NCBI GenBank assembly: GCA_000002445.1
Contig: CP000066.1
Span: 224,001 to 288,000, forward strand
Length of the DNA: 64,000 nucleotides
Source of the DNA: Trypanosoma brucei
Lineage: Eukaryota
Direction: 5' to 3'
The notes under the pieces are model-generated. The model saw nothing but the letters and a program-made list of their open reading frames with translations. It was not told where the DNA came from and did no database searches. Shown piece after piece: positions 54,267-64,000 of the stretch. Numbering within the stretch: the stretch's first letter is position 1; each line of letters opens with the position of its first letter. The translations under genes were made by a program, and so were the position numbers.

Positions 54267-55439
54267 ATGTCTGGTGAGGCCGATTCTACTCCGGGCATTA
54301 TTGCTCCTGGTCCGGAATTGAGGGCAAAAATTGAGCGGAGTGCCGCCAGTCTCGCGAAGCGGGACAAACGCAAGGCGGATGAGATGATGGCAAAGGTCCT
54401 TGCCAGTCAAAGACGTGAGGAATTCCTTTACTTTGAAATGACACACGTGTTTTACCCCTTCTTTTTGCAGAAACTCAACGAGTATCGGGCCCATCCGGAG
54501 TTGATTCCAACCGACAAGGACGGGGCGGCCAAGGGGACAGGAGCCCCTGGTACGGAGGGCGCAGTTACCTCTACAACGACTGTCAAGGCTGGCGGTATTG
54601 TTCGGCGGGAGGGCGGTACGAGACGCAGTGAGGTGTTGCAACAAGCCGAAGTGGAGGCGCAGCGGTATCTCGAGGATCCGTTCCCCAGTAAATACTCCCT
54701 CGATCTTCTTCATGGCACTGTGGACATTCCAACGACTACGTTTAACTACATGACTTGTACAGCACAGTATGTGGCGAAATACGGCGATCGATTTTTACAA
54801 GACTTAACAGCCCGACACCGCAACAACGCGGCGTTTAGGTTCCTGAATAGTGAGGATGTGCGACACGAGGTCCTTCTCAAACTCATTGAGTCCTACCGAC
54901 GCATTTTACACTTTGATTCAGATGAGGTTGAGGACCGATTGGAACGTTACCATTCTGTTCGCTATATAATAGACACGGTGTGCAAAGAAAAGGTAAAGTA
55001 TGCGCGGGCCGCCATCGCCCGACAGAAAGCTGCATTACTGACGGATGAGGAATTGCGGGAGAAGCTTGAGTGGAATGTGTTTACTGTTGTGCAAAACTTT
55101 TCAGCGAGCGACCTAGGCCTTGATGCACCGATGCCTGAGGCAGTGGCAGCTCGCCGGCGCGCACGCTTTGAGGCCCCCAATAATGTAGCGGATCTTCCCG
55201 TGTCCGGTGGTGGTGATTCAACAAAGGATGAGCATTTTGGGGCACCTGCAAACGGAACGTTTGTTGGCGAGCAGGACGCATCTAGGGAACCAAAACCCCC
55301 CGAGGGGATGATGGCACCCCCTACCTTCAGTCCCACGTTCATAAGTAGCAGCCTCATTCAGCCTGCTGATCAACCTGTCGCGAACAGCAACTGTAGGAAG
55401 AGGACACATGATGATGTGGACGGAAATAACTCTGCGTGA
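54267..55439 (+). CDS. SURP (SWAP) domain protein, splicing factor SF3a subunit 1 (SF3a120/Prp21)-like
   Basis: Two SURP-like modules. The clearest is ...TTFNYMTCTAQYVAKYGDRFLQDLTARHRNNAAFRFL (pattern I-x-x-TA-x-x-VA-x-x-G-x-x-F-x-x-x-L-x-x-x-x-x-N-x-x-F-x-FL). Pro/Gly-rich C-terminus. Confidence 0.65.
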   Translation: MSGEADSTPGIIAPGPELRAKIERSAASLAKRDKRKADEMMAKVLASQRREEFLYFEMTHVFYPFFLQKLNEYRAHPELIPTDKDGAAKGTGAPGTEGAVTSTTTVKAGGIVRREGGTRRSEVLQQAEVEAQRYLEDPFPSKYSLDLLHGTVDIPTTTFNYMTCTAQYVAKYGDRFLQDLTARHRNNAAFRFLNSEDVRHEVLLKLIESYRRILHFDSDEVEDRLERYHSVRYIIDTVCKEKVKYARAAIARQKAALLTDEELREKLEWNVFTVVQNFSASDLGLDAPMPEAVAARRRARFEAPNNVADLPVSGGGDSTKDEHFGAPANGTFVGEQDASREPKPPEGMMAPPTFSPTFISSSLIQPADQPVANSNCRKRTHDDVDGNNSA

Positions 55440-55974
55440 CGAGTGTGTTGTTGGTGAAAAGGCGAGGCAATTCAAGGAATAGTGGTCGAATTTCCCCGCT
55501 GTGATGTGGAATGTTGGAGAGATGTTAACTGTGCTTTGCCTCCGTCAAGAAGGGAGAGTTAAGGGGAGGGATGGTATGTGGAGGTGTGGAGGGGATAGAG
55601 CGAAGTAAGTGGATCGGTAGATCATCGGAGCAGAAGGCAGCGGGACCACCAACCGACTGAAGATACGTGTGTGAAACTGCGGCACGTCGCTTGGAAGTGA
55701 TCGCCACTTGTTGCGTTAATCAGTGTCGTGAGACGATCCACCTCTTTACAATATTGTATTGTGCTTTTGGAGGATAACTGAGGCATTTGTGCGTGTGAAG
55801 CGCGAAGTGGTCTCCTGAAACGTTGCGTTTCCGCCTCCGTCGCCTTTTCTCCGCTTTGGTGAGTTTACATTTTTTATCCTTTTCGCATACATATATCCGT
55901 CTTTTTTTTTTTGCTATTCATTCTGATTTGCGTTTGGCGTGCTTGATTTGTTGTTAATGATCATGTAGCTAACG

Positions 55975-56817
55975 ATGGGCAAATACGCTGTTGTCGTTAT
56001 TGGGCCAGCGGGGAGTGGAAAGAGTACGTTATGTTGTACCATAGCCGAGCACTATGCAACAAAGGGTCGCAGCACGCACATCTGCAACTTTGACCCGGCT
56101 GCGGAGGAACTGCGCTATAGTCCGTCTATTGACGTGCGTGACCTCATCTCGCTTGAAGATGCAATGGAGGGGAAAGGCCTTGGCCCGAACGGGGGGCTGG
56201 TATTTTGTATGGAGTATTTGTTGAGCGCCGGGGAGCAGTGGATTTGTGAGCAGCTGGGGGATCACGCTGAGGACTTTATTATTATTGACATGCCTGGGCA
56301 GGTGGAGGTCCTTTCACACGTTCCTGCGGTCCCAAACTTTGTGCGGCTTTTGCAGCGGGTCGGCTACAATGTAGTTGTGCTTTTTTTACTGGACGCATTA
56401 GCAGCGACAGTGGACGCGGGGAAGTTCGTGTCAGGTTGTACCTTTGCCCTCTCTAGCATGGTTTGTTTTGACTGTCCATTCATGACAGTCTTAACAAAAT
56501 GTGATTTGCTCCCACCAGATGTGAAAGAAGGGGATCTGGAGCACTACTGCTACTGCAACTTTGACCACGTAAACTTGAAGCCTTTACAGGGACGGTGGCA
56601 AGAGATGGTCCGCACGATGGCCTCTGTTATACATGATTTTAATTTAGTTTCTTTTCGGCCAATGGATATTACTGACACCGCGTACGTATCGAACATTTGT
56701 CAGCAGATGGATGAGGTACTGCAGGTAGTGGATGAGGCTGAGGTAAACGACAGAGACCTTCCAGGTCCTCCGGGTGAAGGTGATGGAGACATCCCCGGTG
56801 AGGATGTGATGTGGTAA
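55975..56817 (+). CDS. GPN3: GPN-loop GTPase 3 (XAB1/GPN family)
   Basis: MGKYAVVVIGPAGSGKSTLCCTIAEHY (P-loop), NFDPAAEEL, the eponymous GPNGGLVFCMEYL, and IIDMPGQVEVLSH. Length and N-terminus fit the GPN3 paralogue. Confidence 0.85.
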   Translation: MGKYAVVVIGPAGSGKSTLCCTIAEHYATKGRSTHICNFDPAAEELRYSPSIDVRDLISLEDAMEGKGLGPNGGLVFCMEYLLSAGEQWICEQLGDHAEDFIIIDMPGQVEVLSHVPAVPNFVRLLQRVGYNVVVLFLLDALAATVDAGKFVSGCTFALSSMVCFDCPFMTVLTKCDLLPPDVKEGDLEHYCYCNFDHVNLKPLQGRWQEMVRTMASVIHDFNLVSFRPMDITDTAYVSNICQQMDEVLQVVDEAEVNDRDLPGPPGEGDGDIPGEDVMW

Positions 56818-57365
56818 CTTAAAAAAAATCTAGCAGAAGGTTGGTCGGATGTTGTGTAGCGGTGCCTCCCTGTTCCTTTTTGCATTATTTTTCAATGCAT
56901 CTCCCCTTCCCACATCACTACGATGTTACCCTTCTGCCCGCTACTGTTCGTGTCCCACCCACCAACTTATGCGTATGCACTTAAATATTCCAGAGGAGTT
57001 TAATAGGACGATTGTGTGCGTGCATGACGGGGCCCGAAGGAGGGGGGACAAAGGAGAATGAGGAAGTGGAAAAGGGGGTTCTCAGTATCTTTTCCCTCTT
57101 TTTTCCCTCTCCTTTATGATGACTTGCTAGCTCGTCTACAAGGGTAGGGATTTCCATGGTCTCTTGAATTCATTCTCTTCATGTAGCAGAAGTTTTAGGT
57201 GACCCTGTCAGTGGAAGAAGGAGAGGGTGGAGGGGAAACTGGCTGCGTTGAACTACCGGGTTAGTTGATCTCTTGTGGCATCCCTCGTAGTTGTGTGTGT
57301 TTGTTGCAGGTGCCGAACGAAGCGGCAACTATATATTACCTAAGGTAGTATCCGAGAAAGTAAGG

Positions 57366-58109
57366 ATGTTTGCCCCATTCTTTCGTTCATTGAAATCCAA
57401 TGCAATAGCGCAAAGAGGGTTGTTTGTCGCCAAAACTTCGCTTCGACAATACCGGTGCCGGTTGTTTTGCTCACCTTCTGCTGTGTTGCTGTGCAGTTTC
57501 AGTAGAGATATGCCTCTTTCCATTTCACAGTTGCGAACACGACTACGGAGTCAGCTGCAGGACGGGTGCCCACGGATGCAGTCCATCGACACCGAAGGTC
57601 AATTAACGCTCACACTTGCGAGAAGCCGTCGACCAGCAGAGCAGGAGGAGGCGCTGGAGCGAGCAGAGTCCCTATGGCGTGAACTAGAGGATTCCGCCTC
57701 GCCACTTCCGTTGACGTCCATCACGGGACTGCGTGTGTCACTTTGCACATCCATGCGCCGGTGTGCACTTGTTGCGCGAAAGCAAGAACTGGCGGAGTCA
57801 TGGACCCGACGTTTTGCCAACCTACGGAACCTACAACCAATGGACTTCACTACTGGGGCTAATGTTGCTGCAGGGCGTGTTCGGGGTTGGCAACACGGAC
57901 GGCCTGCTGAGGAAACGGATCAAGAGGAGATGAGTGGTGGGGTGGTTGATGATGACGGGGCGGGTGCAGAAGGTGCAGGCAGGAAGTCTGGAAATAAAGA
58001 AACTCCACTGCAGAAGTATCGCCAGGAAGTTATGATGGACCACCCCATGATGCAACTGGCGTTTAAGCGAGGAGTACACACCCCTGGGCCGCGTTACACA
58101 GGGGATTAA
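57366..58109 (+). CDS. Hypothetical protein, possibly mitochondrial (first ATG of the TTG-initiated track ORF)
   Basis: MFAPFFRSLKSNAIAQRGLFVAKTSLRQYRCRLF... is basic/hydroxylated and presequence-like. No domain recognised. Confidence 0.4.
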   Translation: MFAPFFRSLKSNAIAQRGLFVAKTSLRQYRCRLFCSPSAVLLCSFSRDMPLSISQLRTRLRSQLQDGCPRMQSIDTEGQLTLTLARSRRPAEQEEALERAESLWRELEDSASPLPLTSITGLRVSLCTSMRRCALVARKQELAESWTRRFANLRNLQPMDFTTGANVAAGRVRGWQHGRPAEETDQEEMSGGVVDDDGAGAEGAGRKSGNKETPLQKYRQEVMMDHPMMQLAFKRGVHTPGPRYTGD

Positions 58110-58404
58110 CTCATCGTGCGTTAGTGGTGTGTTTATGTCCTCTGACACGGGTTACATTGTGAGGTGTGGATGGATCAAACACATAGTTTGAAAGCATTGT
58201 AACTGGTCGCTTTGACCTGCTTCTCCTTTTTTCTTCCGATTAACCGGCAAACCGCGCTTGTGCCCATGGTTTCGGTCATATAATGAACTAAGCGTTGGTT
58301 GGGGTATATTGATATCATTCACTTTTATCATTTTTCCCCCCTTGTCAAGTTACTTGGATTCGTGTCTACGCTACCATCAAGGGAATAGCAGTGTGAGGAA
58401 TACA

Positions 58405-59598
58405 ATGTCTACCGATGGCAGTGAAGTCATTGACGATAACAAAACTGTAAGGAGTCTCTTTAACGGACTAGCACAGAGGTACAAGGACACCGTTTTGAAG
58501 AGTGAGACGTCCATCGAACAAGATGAGAATTCACGCTCTCTTATTCCACATTTGGAGAAGCTATGGTATATGATGGGTGCGATGGGTGTTGTTTCCCCTA
58601 ACGAACAGTTGGATGATATTTCTACGAACGCGTTGGAATTGTTATGGACTCCTTACATCATTGCAGATCTCTACCAGCGCCTACAGGGACCTATGCCCAC
58701 TCCAGCACCGGTCACTCCAGGCGAAACAAATGAAGTTGCTGGAGCTGCGGGAATGACACGTGAGGAGGCCCTTTCTCGTTCGCATCACTGGTATGATGTT
58801 TTCTTCCGTTGGGCACAGGACTGCGAGTTGGTGGACGAACGGACGCTGGACACATATCGCACGTTTCGTGCGGACAATCGCACACAACGCGTGGAGCTCT
58901 CCCGGAAGCGCCGTGAGCTGGAGGTGGTACTACTCCAATATGAGGATAAGGTAGAGTACTTACAAGCAAAAAGAAAACGTATGAAGGAGCTGATGGCGGA
59001 AGACGGTGACGAAATATCTGAAAGTAACGGGGATGAGGAGGAAGCACTCCGGGGTCGCGCTCTCGCACGGTTGCGTTGGTCTGTTTACGAGGCTTGCCAT
59101 CACCTGCAGTTGTCAGCGCGCGAGTTGGAAATGCTCACGGCATTGTCACCAGAGAGGCGGCAAGAAATAGCAAACAACCACCAGCGTACGTTGGATGCTG
59201 TGCGTCGGGGAGAGTTATCACTTGGTCGGCACACGTACACTATCCTACCAGGTGGTCTCGTCGCACCGGGAGGACCGTTTCCTGTGGACCGCATTAACAG
59301 TACCGTTATGAGCGCGATAGCAAGCCAGGAGAGTTTCCGTCAGAAAGTCGTGGAAGAGTTGATGATAAACAGGAATAATCCAACTATGACGTTGGCAGAG
59401 TTCGCCGACGCGGAGATGGCAGATGTGCAGCGTCGCATGGAGGCAAACGCAGATGCGCAGCGGCTCCAACAAGAAGAGGATGAGTTACTTGGGCCTGAAG
59501 GAGTTGAGGAGCGTCAACGGAAGCGGGACTCGGCTCTAGCTGATTGGAAGGATGATCACCCCCCAATTGGCCAAACTGCAAGAGGAAACTACGCATGA
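58405..59598 (+). CDS. TAP42/alpha4 (IGBP1)-like PP2A-regulatory protein
   Basis: Helical N-terminal domain. Conserved C-terminal alpha4/Tap42 signature ...NPTMTLAEFADAEM... and terminal ...ADWKDDHPPIGQTARGNYA (compare the family's PTMT... and DDWKD.HPRG.GN... ending). First ATG is at 58405 inside the TTG-started track ORF. Confidence 0.6.
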   Translation: MSTDGSEVIDDNKTVRSLFNGLAQRYKDTVLKSETSIEQDENSRSLIPHLEKLWYMMGAMGVVSPNEQLDDISTNALELLWTPYIIADLYQRLQGPMPTPAPVTPGETNEVAGAAGMTREEALSRSHHWYDVFFRWAQDCELVDERTLDTYRTFRADNRTQRVELSRKRRELEVVLLQYEDKVEYLQAKRKRMKELMAEDGDEISESNGDEEEALRGRALARLRWSVYEACHHLQLSARELEMLTALSPERRQEIANNHQRTLDAVRRGELSLGRHTYTILPGGLVAPGGPFPVDRINSTVMSAIASQESFRQKVVEELMINRNNPTMTLAEFADAEMADVQRRMEANADAQRLQQEEDELLGPEGVEERQRKRDSALADWKDDHPPIGQTARGNYA

Positions 59599-60602
59599 GC
59601 CGGCAATTACTCTGGCTTGCATGACAGACGCTTCCTAAGGGACCGAGCGGCGCCTACAATTATGTGTAGCGACGACCTGCCCAAGTGGTTGTTAGGTAAT
59701 CACTGTTTTCGTAGCCGTTTTTTTTTTCGTGAAGGTAAAACGTGCTTCAAAAAGTACTAGTTTTAGATGCATCACTGGTCTTTTGAAACTGCCGCTTGTC
59801 GCTGCCTGGCCAGTGCCACTCCTTTTATTGCATGGTCTGCAGGGTGTTTTTGACGGTTACATACACGTTCCGGATGGACCACATGTTATGCTGGCGTGCT
59901 TCCCCTATCGAATCGTGGAGGTGAGGGGCTCTCGCGTCATTCTGTACAGCTTCTTCGCCGGTTGAGGGTCCATTCGTTTACCAACTCCCACGCAATTGTA
60001 CGTCGCTATATATTATGGAAGTTCTTCGATGTTGTGGCGTGGTGTGTTGTGTTGTGTTATCCTTTCCCGCAGGTATGTTATTAGTGGTGAACCCAACTCT
60101 TTGTAGCTAACCGCATGACACGTTTGAGGCCTCAACCCTTCGCATATCGCTTAATGGTGTTTTTCTCTCTAATCTTTTTTCCTTTCTTGACGTGAACTGT
60201 TGCGGTTAGTTGGATCCGTGTGTATTACCTTGCTCTCTTTTTGTTGAGTTGTATGAATGTGGTTGCGTGGGCCGTACCTTTGGGGTCTCTGCGTTAACTT
60301 TCCAACGGATTTTCTGCACGAATAAACCTTTCTTTCCTTTTCCTCTTATATTATCTCTTTTCCCACCGCCGACGTATGTGTCAAGTGTGGGTACACTTCG
60401 GTGGAGCCTAACAGGTAATTTTTAGTCCGTGGCACTGGGTCACCACCTGTGCCCAGCTCCTCGGGCTCGTGTTGAGGGGTGGCGGTTGCTTCGTCATACC
60501 AGTGCGTTAAAAAGGGCGCTTTTGTGCAGCAGGTTCAAAAACTATAGTAGCAACTAATTGCCGATAACTTCTGCTGGAGTAAAAGTCGCTCTCGGTTTGT
60601 CG

Positions 60603-63098
60603 ATGCCGGGCTACCCCACGGGATTGTTACTGGGCTGTCGAATGTCTTCGCGGCCTCGTGTATCATGGCTTTCGCCCGCGCTCGCTTCCCACCAACAACT
60701 TGATGCAGGGATCGCTGCACGACACCAGGTGGACCGTAAAAGTATTAAAAAGTCCAAACGCCCCTTCGAAAACTATTTTCGGTCGGAATACCGCTGCTCT
60801 CCATCACCCAGTAGGTTCACTCTGCGCCCAGGTGGCCGGGTTTCATCGTACGACGCAGTGAAACTCATGACTGATCCTAGGCGCAACTGGTCACCCTTTT
60901 GGGGCCGCGTTGTGGGTAACGTGCGGACACAAAAGAAGCGACAGGATGTGTTGCAACCTGCACCTCAGCAGTTCGGCGAGGACAGCCTTGACCAAACAAT
61001 ACAACGTTTCCTAGAGCTTCGCTTTCAATGGGATCGTGGGGATGACATCCTTGCTCCGAGTTTGGTTCCGCCTAGTTTGTATAGTTTGACTGAGCACTGT
61101 CTTCCGTACGCGTGTGATGAGCAACAACAGCAGCAGACGGTTAGCGACTGCGTAGAGTTAGACGGGGGTGGCGCACACTCATCTGCATTCCGTGCGCGGG
61201 GAAGGCGGAAGTGCTTGTTAGTACCCAGAGGAAATTTAGGTTCAAGTGGTGTTGAAACTATCCCTTCTATTGTTCTCGATGCAGCAAGAGGTCCTCTTGT
61301 GTCATCGCCGACGGAACTTTCGTTGAACCTGCGTTGGAAGGCAACGAACCGTGAGGCCACCAGTGTAAGTGAGGTATTGCGTTTGCAGCAGTGTGTAGGG
61401 CATGTGCCTGTCATGGGTATGACGGCACGATCATTGCTACTTTTGCTGAAAGCTCATGCCACCGCTGAGGTCGAGAATCCCCCACTGGCCGTTGCTCTCG
61501 CTATAGCAGCTGCGGAACACTACCACGAATACACCCCTACTGAGTGTTTGGAGCTTCTGCGGTGCCTACGTAGGGTTGCCTTTGTGAAGGGGTTGACGCA
61601 GCTGTCGCACTCACAGGTTAATGTTGTTTCTTTGTACCGTGACTCGAGACACTCCCAGATGTTTTTCGCAGGGTATATAGGAGACGCAGCCCCTTTTTTG
61701 GTAGAACGTGTATGGTCTCGCCTTCCCGAGCATGCTCAACGGCTCTGTCGGCGACGACTCTTCCTCGACTTTATAGATCTACTAGCACTAGCGGTAGAAA
61801 TGAATGGCTGGAGGTTCCCGTGTAATTTACCGAACCCCGCCAGCTCCGCAACTTATGCATCCAAGTATCTCTTCTTGCGCTATACACTGCAGTTGGATGA
61901 AGCCATGATGACAGAGTATGTGAGGTGCGTTGCAGACGCAACATTTTCCGCACCGCAGACCGAACTATATACAAATGTTGGCGGACAACAGCAAAACTCG
62001 AGGCAACTGATTGCCAGTCGCTGTGATCCAGATGACAGCGAAACCTTATTCACTCCACTTATTACATGGCTGTGTGTGTCTTTTTTGGCTCGTGTTACTG
62101 CAGAGGCCGTCGGGGATGTACTGCGGCACACTGAGATATCTCTCAAGCAACACATGAAACTTGCCAAAGATTATCAATCGGCGGCAGCGCGCGGGAAGTC
62201 GAAACTACAGCGACTAAAGGCTGAGAGGGACCTGCAGCAGTTCCTTGACAGCATTGCGCTCGTGAGGCCACGACATCATGTATACCAGTGCATTGGGCGT
62301 CGACACCCGAGGAAGATGCGCCTCCGTGTCATTCCGCTTGAAGCCTTTCCTGCAATATCGCGACACACAGGGCTTCCCTTTGGATCGGCGTCGCGACACG
62401 CGCACCTGTCCGCAGAGAGGCGGTGTGGAAGTTTTGAACATGACGATTGGACGTTCGAAGCTGTTGTAGCTCGTTCAGCTCTCGCACGGAAGCACATCGA
62501 GCGCGCTAAGGATGCGCTGGACTGGGCCGCAATGATGCTGACAAATTGTGCAGTAATTGCCAGACACATTCCGACCCCGGCCAAACGGCTAGAAGCTTGT
62601 GGTCCCAAGCATACGTTTGTATTCCCTGCCGCATCTCATCTACCGTCAAGCATTGATGCAGCAAGTAATCGTCTCGCTTGGTGCGAGGCGCTGGTGCGGT
62701 CCCGTGTGCAAGAGGACATAGACTCGCTTTTCCTCCACATACCCTGGTGCGAACTGGAGGAGCAGCTGCAGCCATTTTTAGATTCCGAGGGGAAAGCTAA
62801 CGGTATTGAAAGTAAGGAAGGAACCCAACGTGCTGGTAAGGTCACAACAGCAGGGGATGATGGGACCAGCTTGTTGGATGCATATTTTCCTTTTGACTTT
62901 CTGGACAATTCCGGCGGGACTGGTGACTGCAGGCAGGTGCCGCCCATCGAATATGATGACGCAGAGCACACAAAGCACCCGAAGACGGCGCAGCAAGATC
63001 AGAATTCTCTAGAGGCGCTCCAGGTTAGTATCGAAAAGTTTCAAGTTACCGTGGCGGAGTTGATCCGCGCACAGGAGGATTACTTTCTGATTCTTTAA
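60603..63098 (+). CDS. Hypothetical protein (~830 aa), lineage-specific
   Basis: Long uninterrupted + strand ORF in cluster orientation; the first ATG is at 60603 (track start 60558 is TTG). No recognisable domain. Coding-like composition throughout. Confidence 0.5.
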   Translation: MPGYPTGLLLGCRMSSRPRVSWLSPALASHQQLDAGIAARHQVDRKSIKKSKRPFENYFRSEYRCSPSPSRFTLRPGGRVSSYDAVKLMTDPRRNWSPFWGRVVGNVRTQKKRQDVLQPAPQQFGEDSLDQTIQRFLELRFQWDRGDDILAPSLVPPSLYSLTEHCLPYACDEQQQQQTVSDCVELDGGGAHSSAFRARGRRKCLLVPRGNLGSSGVETIPSIVLDAARGPLVSSPTELSLNLRWKATNREATSVSEVLRLQQCVGHVPVMGMTARSLLLLLKAHATAEVENPPLAVALAIAAAEHYHEYTPTECLELLRCLRRVAFVKGLTQLSHSQVNVVSLYRDSRHSQMFFAGYIGDAAPFLVERVWSRLPEHAQRLCRRRLFLDFIDLLALAVEMNGWRFPCNLPNPASSATYASKYLFLRYTLQLDEAMMTEYVRCVADATFSAPQTELYTNVGGQQQNSRQLIASRCDPDDSETLFTPLITWLCVSFLARVTAEAVGDVLRHTEISLKQHMKLAKDYQSAAARGKSKLQRLKAERDLQQFLDSIALVRPRHHVYQCIGRRHPRKMRLRVIPLEAFPAISRHTGLPFGSASRHAHLSAERRCGSFEHDDWTFEAVVARSALARKHIERAKDALDWAAMMLTNCAVIARHIPTPAKRLEACGPKHTFVFPAASHLPSSIDAASNRLAWCEALVRSRVQEDIDSLFLHIPWCELEEQLQPFLDSEGKANGIESKEGTQRAGKVTTAGDDGTSLLDAYFPFDFLDNSGGTGDCRQVPPIEYDDAEHTKHPKTAQQDQNSLEALQVSIEKFQVTVAELIRAQEDYFLIL

Positions 63099-64000
63099 CT
63101 TGGTCGTGTGTGTGCGATTAGAATGCTGAAGAAGGCAGAGATTGATTGAATTTTATAGGAGGTTGTGGCCGCACAAGGGATATTACGGCGCAGCGGGGCG
63201 CGGCGCTCGATTCCCATTCGTTTCTAGTATACTGTTCCACTGCAGCAGTGAGATTTGACCATGCCTCAGTTCGTCCTTCCGCGTGACTCACTTTTCTATG
63301 TGCGTCTCGTCCCAGTGGGTTCGCTCCTTCTGTGCTCCACATGTGTATGCACACACCTGTGACTGACATTGGATGCTCAAAGAAGTGCTCGTAGATGTTG
63401 AGGGATTGCAAGTTTTCTCCTTCCCAACGACTGGAAACCATGAACCGCCCCCAAATCGTTCGGTGCAGGTTGTGCCTACTTTCATAGACTGACCAAATAT
63501 TTCACATTTCTGATCTCGCACCGTTTATTCAATGTGCTTATAAATATATACGTGCATTCACAAAGTTATCCGTTGCCAAGTGTTGTCTGACTCTGATGGC
63601 GCCTTTGTGACTCCTTCACCCGTAAGCATTGCCATTAGCGGCTACTGGGGGACTGCTTAGAGTTCATACCGGTTCTATACGGCTGTCGTATATATGTGTG
63701 TACCCATTCATACTTCTTGTTTAACGTCCGCCCATACCTTTTCTTTATACTGCCGTGTGGTAAATGGTTGGGGGAGTGGATGGCCACCACACACCTTGAA
63801 GTGTGTAGTCTTTAACATGTTTTTTTCCTCCTTGATTCCTTTTAAACTCTTAGAACCGCTGTAGAAAAGTTGGTCACGCGGTGGGAAATAGGCGGGAAAC
63901 TTAACAAGTAGGGAAAATAGACTTGTTAAACAGTTCCTTATTATTGGAAACTGAAGGGCAGTATCATCATCACCACTTAAAGAAAGCAGAACCGTAGGAC

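Noticed and set aside
54090-54713. 207-aa minus-strand ORF
   Set aside because: Antisense to the SURP-protein gene and its upstream CT tract, with low-complexity translation. Every supported gene is on the + strand, and no domain was recognised.
1-64000. tRNA, rRNA, snRNA/SL RNA genes or CRISPR arrays
   Set aside because: By-eye searches for tRNA A/B boxes (GGTTCGAnTCC), 5S, U6 and spliced-leader exon sequence found nothing convincing. There are no direct-repeat/spacer arrays, and CRISPR is not expected in a eukaryote.

Overview
Based on sequence features (not a database search), this window looks like a kinetoplastid (Trypanosoma-like, compatible with the T. brucei group) chromosomal segment organised as one directional polycistronic gene cluster. 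All ~28 credible protein-coding genes lie on the + strand; minus-strand ORFs are short, antisense to these genes or in low-complexity DNA, and were treated as spurious. Genes are separated by CT-rich polypyrimidine tracts (trans-splice acceptor regions), purine-rich 3' regions and (TA)n microsatellites. No tRNA, rRNA or CRISPR was recognised.

Recognisable products, in order along the + strand:
- dynein heavy chain, truncated at the window start
- an LYR-motif protein
- a 2OG-Fe(II) oxygenase
- Sec61 gamma
- a 3-hydroxyisobutyrate-dehydrogenase-like enzyme
- a kinase-like probable pseudokinase
- frataxin
- an RRM protein
- a Rib72/EFHC1-type DM10 + EF-hand flagellar protein
- a mitochondrial RF1-type release factor
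- an ICMT/DUF1295-family membrane protein
- a DEDDh exonuclease
- IFT38/CLUAP1
- Ran GTPase
- DNA polymerase delta subunit 2
- a SURP-domain splicing-factor-like protein
- GPN-loop GTPase 3
- a TAP42/alpha4-like protein
- several lineage-specific hypotheticals

The outstanding anomaly is a complete bacterial IS10 element: 1329 bp with imperfect terminal inverted repeats, an intact 402-aa transposase and a perfect 9-bp target-site duplication (AACTTGGTA). It is inserted in-frame into the Rib72/EFHC1-like gene, splitting it into two ORFs. This is most likely an E. coli cloning-host transposition artefact, not parasite biology. A second oddity is a 5.5-kb ORF-free gap (30.3-35.9 kb) with a GC-rich core and long G/T homopolymers.

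Note: the supplied ORF track marks GTG/TTG/CTG alternative starts as 'M', so several gene starts were moved to the first in-frame ATG.
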